Shown here piece by piece: positions 34,112 through 64,000 of a DNA stretch of 64,000 nt (the stretch's first letter is position 1; every line of letters starts with the position of its first letter). Where the stretch lies: the NCBI RefSeq assembly GCF_009914755.1, contig NC_060947.1; one strand, given 5' to 3'. The notes beneath the pieces are model-generated. The model was not told the origin of the DNA. It saw nothing but the letters and a program-made list of their open reading frames with translations, and did no database searches. The position numbers and the translations under genes were made by a program. This DNA is from the human T2T-CHM13v2.0 reference genome, Homo sapiens.

Positions 34112-34129
34112 GTGAATTTGGAGCTGACA

Positions 34130-35025
34130 GGCAAATATATCTTGTGATATATTTCTCTGGCTTTGATATCAGGGTAATATTGGCCGCATAGAATGAAGTA
34201 GTGTTCCTCCGTTATTTTTTGGAAGACATTGCTAAGTACTGGTATTATTTCTTCCTTAAATGTTTGATAGAATTTGCACGCGAAGCCATCTTGGCTTGGC
34301 TTGTATTTCTGGGGAGATTTTAAATTACTAATTAAATCTCTTTTCATGCTATAGTCCTAAGTCGATTTTCTACTTATTATTTATTTATTTATTTATTCAT
34401 TTATTTTGAGACGGAGTTTCACTCTTGTTGTTCGCTCTTGTTGCCCGGGGTGGAGTGCAATGGCATGATCTTGGCTCACCCAACCTCCGCCTCCCGGGTT
34501 CAAGTGATTCTCCTGCCTCAGCCTCCCAAATAGCTGGGATTACAGGCATGCGCCACCACGCCCAGCTAATTTTGTATTTGTAGTAGAGACGGAGTTTCTC
34601 CATGTTTGTCAGGCTGGTCTCAAACTCCCAACCTCAGGTGATCCGCCCGCCTTGGCCTCCCAAAGTGCTGGGATTACAGGCGTGAGCCACTGCACCCAGC
34701 CTGTTTCTTCTTGAGTCGGTAATTTGTCTTCCAAGAATTTTTTCCATTTTACCTAAGTTGTTTAGTTTGTTGGCGTAAAGTTGTTCATAATGTATTCCTT
34801 TTAATTTCTGTAAGGTCAGTATTAATAACCCCCCTTTCATTTTTGATTTTGATAATCTGTGTAGTCCTTTCTATTTTTCTTGGTCAGTCAAGCTAAAAGA
34901 TTGTTAGATTTTTTTTTTCACCTTTTCGGTGAACCAACTTTTGATTTCATTGATTTTTCTGTTTCTTATTTCATTGATTTTCTTCTACTCTAATTTTCAT
35001 CATTCCCCTCCTTCTGCTTGCTTGT
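34130..35025 (-). mobile_element. L1M fragment interrupted by an antisense Alu (~34375-34702)
   Basis: Minus peptide DGFACKFYQTFKEEIIPVL (ORF2). The Alu has a (TTTA)n tail. Confidence 0.8.
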
Positions 35026-36003
35026 ATTAAATACATCAGTTTAAAACTTCAGGAATAACAAAAGATTTGTTTCGCAAAGGAAGATTTGAAATGTTAGACA
35101 TGTAGAAATGCTTATGATATTGCAAGTAGCAGTCATTTCGACCAGTTAACCAGAAGGAAATTCGGTGTGCTGAAACCAAACAAGTGTTTTTTTGTGCCGG
35201 GCTTTTACTGATTTTGAAAATATCAAGTCTAGTTTGTGGGAAGCTGTTTATTGCATGAGCAGTTTATTTTTTTAATGTTTTAATATAGAGAATGCCCATG
35301 TTCACTAAATCCCACAAGTTTGTTTGTTTGTTTGTTTGTTTGTTTGTTTTTTAACTTAAAGGAAAGTATGTATTAACCAGCACATACACTATCCTCTTTG
35401 TGCTTTATCTCTGGTAATCCTTATAAGAGCACCATGAGTTAGATACTGTTTTATGCCCTTTTTATGGAAATAGAATCTTAGAGTGTACATTTAAGTAGCT
35501 CTCCCAGGTATAACCAGCTGGAAAAGTGACAGAACCTAGGTCTCTCAGATTCCAGAGATTGCACACACGAATACTATATCACACTGCTTACTGCTGTGAG
35601 TTCAGCAGAGAATTCCTTGTTTATATGGAAATAACAAAATTGATAGTATCCAGGATAATTGGCAACAGTTTACAAACCCTCTTTACCCCCACTTTGGTGA
35701 TTTTAAGTGGGGTCATCTGTCCACTAAATTAAACAGATCTTAGGCTGGTCACACTTCTAAAATTGTACACCAAGTTTGTGTGTAAAGGTACTTTCCCAGG
35801 GAAAAATATCTGTAGATTTAATCAAATTATCCAAAGAGGGTTAGGCCCACTACCCAGTGTTCCCTGGATGATAAGAGAATGCCATGGAGCCTACACCCTT
35901 CCAGTGGGAAGAATAGTGCCAATTTACTTGCCATTTATGTTCTAGTTTTTAATCAGAGTGTTCCAGTCACACACACATAGTTAGCTATGAGGAATATCTG
36001 CAG

Positions 36004-36090
36004 ATGCTGGTTCCTCCACTTCAAACGAGTCAGCTAACTCTAGGTGAAGAGCTTTATACTTTGGACTATGTGGTTATAAATGATGGGCAG
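36004..36090 (+). other. Duplicated SAGE1 start-exon-like cassette ([29 protein letters not shown])
   Basis: 87 nt, open frame, ctgcag|ATG acceptor and cag|gtagga donor. Paralogous to 36581-36667. Confidence 0.75.
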
Positions 36091-36580
36091 GTAGGATAAC
36101 TAGAACAGTGTATATGCTCATTAATACATACTTATCCTTTAAGTCTGAAAAAATGAACTTGTGGAATTCAGTGAAAATTGGCATTCTAAATATTAAAGTA
36201 TTAATATTTAGAATTATAGATTTTTAGTTGGGATGGTGGTATAAGGAAGGTCAGCCCATTCTCAAACTGGGGTGGAGGCATAAGGGACTTGTTTAACCTA
36301 ACCTAGTGGTGTGAACCTACAGGAAGTAGTGATGGTGGACTGAGTCATGACTTAGGTAAAGGGAGATGATTCTAGATCATGGAACATGATATAGATTCTA
36401 GACATGAGATTCTAAACTCTGGTACCAAGGCACACATTGCTAAGACAATCTGTGATCATGTACTCTCAAGAGGATCATATATTTCAGCTGTATAGCGCCA
36501 ATTTATGTGCCAGTTACGTTCCAGTTATAAATCAAAGTGTTCTAGTAACACACATAGTTAATTATGAGGACTATCTGCAG

Positions 36581-53614
<17,034 letters not shown>

Positions 53615-53751
53615 TTGTGTTAGTGCAAAGACCAAGGAGAAACAAGGACATATGCTGTAGGATGGAACAGGTTATTGCTGAAGCTCCCTATAATCCTGAA
53701 ATGAAGAGAATTCCCTTCCAGAAGCTACGAAAAAGGGAGCTGTTTAAATTT

Positions 53752-53757
53752 AATAAA
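53752..53757 (+). terminator. SAGE1 polyadenylation signal AATAAA
   Basis: About 140 nt after the stop, followed by a T/GT-rich element at ~53780-53800. Confidence 0.8.
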
Positions 53758-53849
53758 TCTCTGTTAGTAAAAGCTGCACTTTTCTTGTTTGTTGGTTTCT
53801 TCTTCCACCTGAGGAGGGATATGAGTTAATAACTCACCAAGATATTTAG

Positions 53850-55370
<1,521 letters not shown>

Positions 55371-56194
55371 TGACTATGTTGCAGAATTTTGCTTCTTAGA
55401 TAAGCTAAAACCAAGTTCTTGTCACACGACCAGGAAAGATTAGGTTCGCGGATGCATTGAAGGGTGAGGAGCGGAATTTATTGGTTGAAAAGAAAAAATA
55501 GGAAGGAAAAAAACTCGGCAAAGCGAGAGGGAGTCCTGCTAACAGGACCCCATCTCACATATTGATTCTGGGCCACCACACAGGAACCGAAGAGACCAGG
55601 CTCCCCACCGCCACCCCTGCACAAGGTGCAAACTTCCCGTGGCTCCACATCCTTCCCCCAGTACATGTCGCCATTATTAAGAAAGAATCAGTTGGGAAAG
55701 GGCGAGCAAACAGTGACGGTTCTCCCTCTGGATCGCAGGTTACATTCGGGACCAGCAGTCTGGTTTTTCAACCTTCAGGCCATTTTAGGCTTGAAGGCAG
55801 GTTTCTCCAGGAATCCTTTGCTGTCTCATGTCTTTATTAACTGTAGCCAGGTTGGCCCTGGTGAGTGGAAGTCCATGCTACTGAAGCATAATCTCTATCC
55901 CTGGTCACCTTAGCCACTTTGTGAACCCATGAGGTTGTGACACAAGTGTTGGGGAAAGAGGCTGATTAATATCTAGATAATAGGTAACTTATCCTTCAGA
56001 TTATTAAAATTCTTCTCTGCTGAGGTTACCCTTTGCTGAGAACTCTCATGAGACCCAAATATCTCATAGGCCTGGCCATCTCTCCTCCACACAGGAGCAC
56101 TGCTCAAAGTTCTTCCCCCTGAGAGAATTTCCCTTCACCACTGTCCTTCAGGACTATGCAGCTGTCCACTTTTGGCTTTTGTGGCAGGCAGGCA

Positions 56195-57165
56195 TTGTGG
56201 ACCGACTGAATATTTGTGTCCTCTGAGAAGTCATACGATGAAACCCTGACTCCCAATGGGATGATATTTGGAGGTGGAGCCTTTGGGAAGTAATTAGGTT
56301 TAGATGTGGTCATGATATTTGGGTCCCTATGATGAGATTAGTGCCCTTATAATTAAAGAAAAGAGAATTTGTTCTTCCGTGCTTCTTCAACATGTGAGGA
56401 TACAGCAAGGTGGCTGACTACAAGTTAGGAAGAGGACGCTCACCAGAATTTGAGCATGCTGGCACCCTGATCTTGGACTTCTAGCCTCCAGAACCTTGAG
56501 AAAGAAATGTCTGGTGATGAAGCCACCCAGTCTGTGGTATTCTGTGATAGTAGCTCGAGCTGAGACAGCTGTAGTCTGATTCCCCAGATTCCCATCTCCT
56601 GTATACTCAATCAAGCACTAATCCAAATACTGCTATGGTGGGATTTTGCTGGATAATTAAACTCTCAAGTCAGTTGACCTTGAGACATGGAGGTGGTGTG
56701 GGTGGGCCAGACCTGGCAGGGGAATCCTTGAGAAGCAGAGCATTTTTCTTACCAAGGAGCAGAAGAAGAGGTAAGAAAGTCAAAGCACAAGAAGGATGTG
56801 ACACAGCAGGCCCGCTTTGAGGATAATGCCATGCTCCTGAGAAGGTATATGGGGTGGCTCTAGGCGTTTAGAGAAGTCTCTGGATGACAGCCAGCAAAAA
56901 AAATGGGAACCACATTCGTACCACCTCAAAGAACTAGATCTAAATGGGCAATAACCTGAATAAGCTTAGAAGTGGATTATTCCACAGTCTCCACATCAGC
57001 ACCCAGCCGGCCTGACATTTTGAGTTGGCCTTGGGAGACACACAGCAGAGAGGCCGGTTGAGCCTTCCCGGTCTCGATTTGCAGAGCTGTAGATAATAAA
57101 TGTGTGTTGTTTTAAGCTGCTCAATTTGGGGTAATTTGTTATGTGGCAATAGAAAACTAATACAG
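56195..57165 (+). mobile_element. Two MaLR (MLT1-type) LTRs, ~56195-56565 and ~56570-57165
   Basis: Typical motifs ggaggtggagcctttgggaagtaattaggtttagat, cttggacttctagcctccagaac and aatttgttatgtggcaatagaaaactaataca. Confidence 0.75.
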
Positions 57166-57720
57166 GTGCTGCCAGCCCATTATAAAGAAAGAATAGTAAG
57201 TAAGCCAGGCCTAGGGATTTTCTGATTGTTTCTTTTTTAGACAACTCTGTTCATAAGGAACCCCCCTCGGAGCCATAGGTGTGGGTTCAGAGAGCTTTTC
57301 CTTGTACTAAGCCAAACTCAGAAGTAGCAGATTTTCCAGTCATTAGCAGATAAGTCACAGCAGCACACGCCAATGAGGTACATGTTACCACCATCAGAAC
57401 CTAAAGAGGCCCACTATTTTTTGTATCCCCTTTGAGTGGTAGGAAGGGTGAGATGTACCAACTTGCTGTTCACCTGATAAGTATGATGTTGACATGCCTC
57501 TGAGCGCTTGACCATTAAATATTTCACTAAGTTTAAAGGCCCCTGATTTTTTGTGTGAATTGATACTTAGGTTGTCATGTCAGTATGTTACCAGTGTGTC
57601 TAGAGTAGTTGCTAGGTCCTGCCCAATCAGCATAATGTCATCAATGCAAAGTAATGGTGTCACATGGTTGGAGGGAAAGGAGATCAAGATCCCTACGGAT
57701 TAGTTTGGGACATAAGTTTA

Positions 57721-58622
57721 TGATGCAGGATACTTTCTTGACCCCTTCACAGGACTCATGACAGGGGTGCCGAGCCACTTTGGCACCAGCAGGAGCAAAC
57801 TCCTTTTCCTCGGGCCCACCGCACACCACCCCTCATGGGAGGGAATACGTAGGCAAGTGAGTGTGGGAACTGGCCAGCTGCTTTGGCACTGGCAGGAGCA
57901 AACTCAGTCCAGGCTCTGTGGCAGCATCCAGATAGGAATGCCTGCGACCCCAAGGCCCCAGAGTGCGTGTTACAATGCTCTCCTAGCTCTACCATCCACA
58001 GGCAGCAGTGTGTTATCAGCTCAGTGGGACCTTTGCCTCATTGCTTGGGGTGGCTGCCCTCTGTCAGCAAGGGCAAAGGCCCAGTGCGACAGCCTTTTTG
58101 GGTACCCACACATGGTGGGTCCCAAATTCTTGTCTGGTGCCCAAGAAGAATGAGGCCACACAGATGAATTGAAGGATGGTGAGTGCAGAGAATTTTATTG
58201 TGCAATAAAAGCAGCTCGCAGCACAGAGGGGAGCTGGAAAGCGTATGGGAAGGGCAGGTCGCTCTCCCCTGAAGTCAAGTCGCCTCTCTGCCTCTCTCCT
58301 CCGAAGTCAAGTTGCTTCTCCCGGACGTGCAGCCATCATCTCTGAAGTCAAGTCACCTCTCCCTGATGTCCAGCTACTTCTCGTCTCTACTGGCTGAATC
58401 TGGAATCTTTATAGGCGTGGGACCGGGAGCAGGGCAGGCTGTAGGTAGTTATGGAAAAGGCAACATTCGATTGGTAAAAAGACATTATTCAGAAAGAACC
58501 AATTGACAGAGTGGCCAAACTGGGATAGAAGTTCTCACTTCAGGCTTTTCAGCTTGAAGGTGTGGTTTCACCAAGGAACCACCCTTGTCTGCCTAGAGTT
58601 TCTCTGCCTCCTGCCTCTATCA
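57721..58622. mobile_element. ERV1-class solo LTR (MER52-like)
   Basis: TG...CA-bounded GC-rich block (tgatgcagga...tgcctctatca) interrupting ERVL-like sequence. Family name from recall. Confidence 0.55.
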
Positions 58623-60570
58623 CTTAGAGAGTTGATATAAGACTGAGGTAGGAAGGAAAAGGGGTTTTGCTGGCCTTGCCAGCTGAAAGCAAACAGTTCC
58701 TCATGATCTTTAAAAAACATGTATAGAGTAAAAAGCATTCGCATGATCTGACACACACACACACACACATATAAATATATGTATGTATATATGCATATAT
58801 AATGTTAAATACCTATCTAATTTTAAACATCTATCTGTCTACATAAAAGGGAGTTGCCATGTAGAATTGGTCTGGTATAGTATTTTTACATGACTATTCC
58901 ATCTCTATCAGGCTCTTACCTCACGTATAATACTGGATAAGGGGACAAACATTTCTGGACTTGCCAAACCATATTTTGTGCTTGAAGAATAGAGTGGAAG
59001 CACCCAGTGACGGTGCGTTCGCTGAAATACTGCCCTTAGTAAGCGGAGAGGCTCTCACCCCAAATACTCGAGGCTCCTGGGTCTGGGCACGGAGCAGCCC
59101 TGTGCAGCAGGCAGGCTGGATATTTGGCTTCTTAGACTCTGTTCCAACCCTAGCTGCTTACGACCTGGGATGGGTCTTTTCCTTCTTGGGGTCTCATTTG
59201 TGTCTCTGGAAAATGACAATCCTGGGATAACTGATCTCTGATGTTCCTTGTGGCCTTGATAGTCCTGTCTGGGTAGATTGCTATCCCTGGCCACAAGAGT
59301 GGTGTGTTTCTGTAATTCCTTTATTCAAAGACTTCGAACTGGTCTCGAACTCCTGACCTCAGGTGATCCCCCCGCCTTGGACTCCGAAAGTTCTGGGATT
59401 ACAGGCATGTGTCAACGCACTCGGCCCATAATTTTTTAAAAATCAAAATTAATAGAAAACTTCCACAATGAACAAAACATTGAAATTTAAAATAAAGACA
59501 GGATTTGCCCTTGCACTTGCAGAGCCCTGAGAGTCATGCACGTGGAGGGGACATGTGGGTGCCACAGGCCTGTGACTTAAAAACGTCTTACTTGCAATTT
59601 TCTGTGATGACCACTGCTTCCTTCTGAGGGAAGCTGGCAATTGTTCTCTTTCTATGCTCATGCAATCCATAGTGCCACAGGGTGGAAAAAAGAAATCGTT
59701 TGATTTAATTATAAATATGTCTGTACAATTTTTGAAAATATTCTAAAGAACCCTCAAGTAGGTCATGCAAATTTTATTCATTAAAATATTTGACTTTTCT
59801 GAAATGGAATTTCATCAAATAGCAAACATTTTCTGAAATAGTATTCTTTCCCAGGAAAATAGCAATTATCAAAAAACCTTTATACTTTCTTCACGGAAGA
59901 CAGTTATGAAAATTACACTGGTGTTCACTTCGTTTTTAAAAAATTAATTTTCAAGAATTTTTGACAGTCAGATTTGATAAGCCTGGTGTGAAATTTTTTA
60001 TGCTTAATAACTATTTTTTATCTTTATATAAATTTTTATGGACATCTGTGTAATGACTATATATTGTAAATCACACAAGTATCCATAATTAATATAAATT
60101 ACTTGATTATGTATTAGAGAGCACATTTACTCTAAATAGATTGTATTAATTAAAAGTAAATATATTCGTAAATTATACTAAAATTATTTAGACAGTTAAG
60201 GCACCAAAGGTAAGTGGTGTAATGTTCAAGAAAGAAGTAAAATGCATGTGGAAATTTATCAAAATTATGGGAGTCATTCAATTATGAGGTTGACTTGAAA
60301 AAGTATTGCAGCTGCTGAAAAATGATTTCCTATCATTGACATTATCAGAACACAGTTACCCTCAAATCCACTGAAAACTAAGGAAACTTTTTGAAATGGT
60401 AAGAAGAAATTGAAGGGGAGTGTTAGATATTTCAGAAACACATAGTCATGAGTTTGGGCTAATAAAACAAAAGGGGCTTTACTAGACAGAATATGGACAA
60501 GACCAAGAACAACATGCAGATTCTAATGTATTCATATGATGACTGGAGATTTTTAAAAAGATGGGTGTGT

Positions 60571-60866
60571 GGCTGGGCATGGTGTCACATTCCTGTAACC
60601 CCAGCACTTTGGGAAGCTGAGGCAGGAGGATCACTTGAATCCAGGAGTATGAGACCAGCCTGGGCAACATAGCAAGACCCCAGCTCTACAAAAGATATGA
60701 AAATTAGATGGGTGTGGTGGTGCACACCTGTGGTCCTAGCTACTCAGGAGGCTGAGGTAGGAGGACCATTTGAACTCAGGAGATCAAGGCTGCAGTGAGC
60801 TGTCATCCCACTAGTGCATTCCAGCCTGGGCAACAGAGCGAGTCCCTCTCTAAAAAAAAAAAAAAA
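60571..60866 (+). mobile_element. Alu (J-like)
   Basis: Dimeric Alu with A tail. Confidence 0.9.
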
Positions 60867-61190
60867 TGTTTATGAGAAAATATGCTAACAACTAACAGAG
60901 AATGGATTCATCCTAACTGGATTGTTTATTCCAAATAATGTTTGTCTTTATCTGGCTCTCTGCAAATATTTTTTAGCAGTCATGTGACAGAATCAGATGT
61001 ATGAAACTCAAAAAAAGGGAGTTCACAGATTGGAAGAACTGAAATAGAATTTGGAAACATGAGAATTTCCTGTTCCAGCACGATGCTTTTCCAAAATAGA
61101 AGTATTATGGTATGTATATACAGACTCATAGCTTAATAGACAATGGTTTGCAGGTGATTAAATCAACAAAAGTGGTAGAATATTTTGGAG

Positions 61191-64000
<2,810 letters not shown>

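Noticed and set aside
59690-61130. AT-rich stretch with exon-like or transposase-like patches
   Set aside because: No sustained frame or family motif that I can identify; needs a tBLASTx/Dfam search.

Overview
Primate (very likely human Xq26.3) cancer/testis gene locus. Bases 1-~29,600 are 1.7 copies of a ~17.25-kb near-identical tandem unit. Each copy carries a complete minus-strand CT45A gene: a non-coding exon 1 plus 4 coding exons giving 189 aa, with all splice junctions and frames checked by hand. Next come an LTR2B/HERV-E-type LTR with leader, then a diverged third copy of the CT45 promoter block that also holds the probable first exon of the plus-strand gene SAGE1 (CDS 36581-53614). 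SAGE1 contains 21 tandem ~387-bp exon+intron units (141-nt, 47-codon, phase-1 exons), including live, dead, cryptic and stop-containing units. One unit is perfectly duplicated, predicting 951 aa instead of the 904 aa I recall for canonical SAGE1. SAGE1 also has a second intact copy of its start exon. CT45 and SAGE1 are visibly the two arms of an old inverted duplication: introns, splice sites and 3' flanks align, and CT45 lacks the array and uses a shifted acceptor. The rest is Alu/L1/L2/ERV debris, ending in an ERV1 env remnant with its 3' LTR. Paralog numbers, repeat subfamily names and repeat boundaries come from recall and eye alignment, not from a search.
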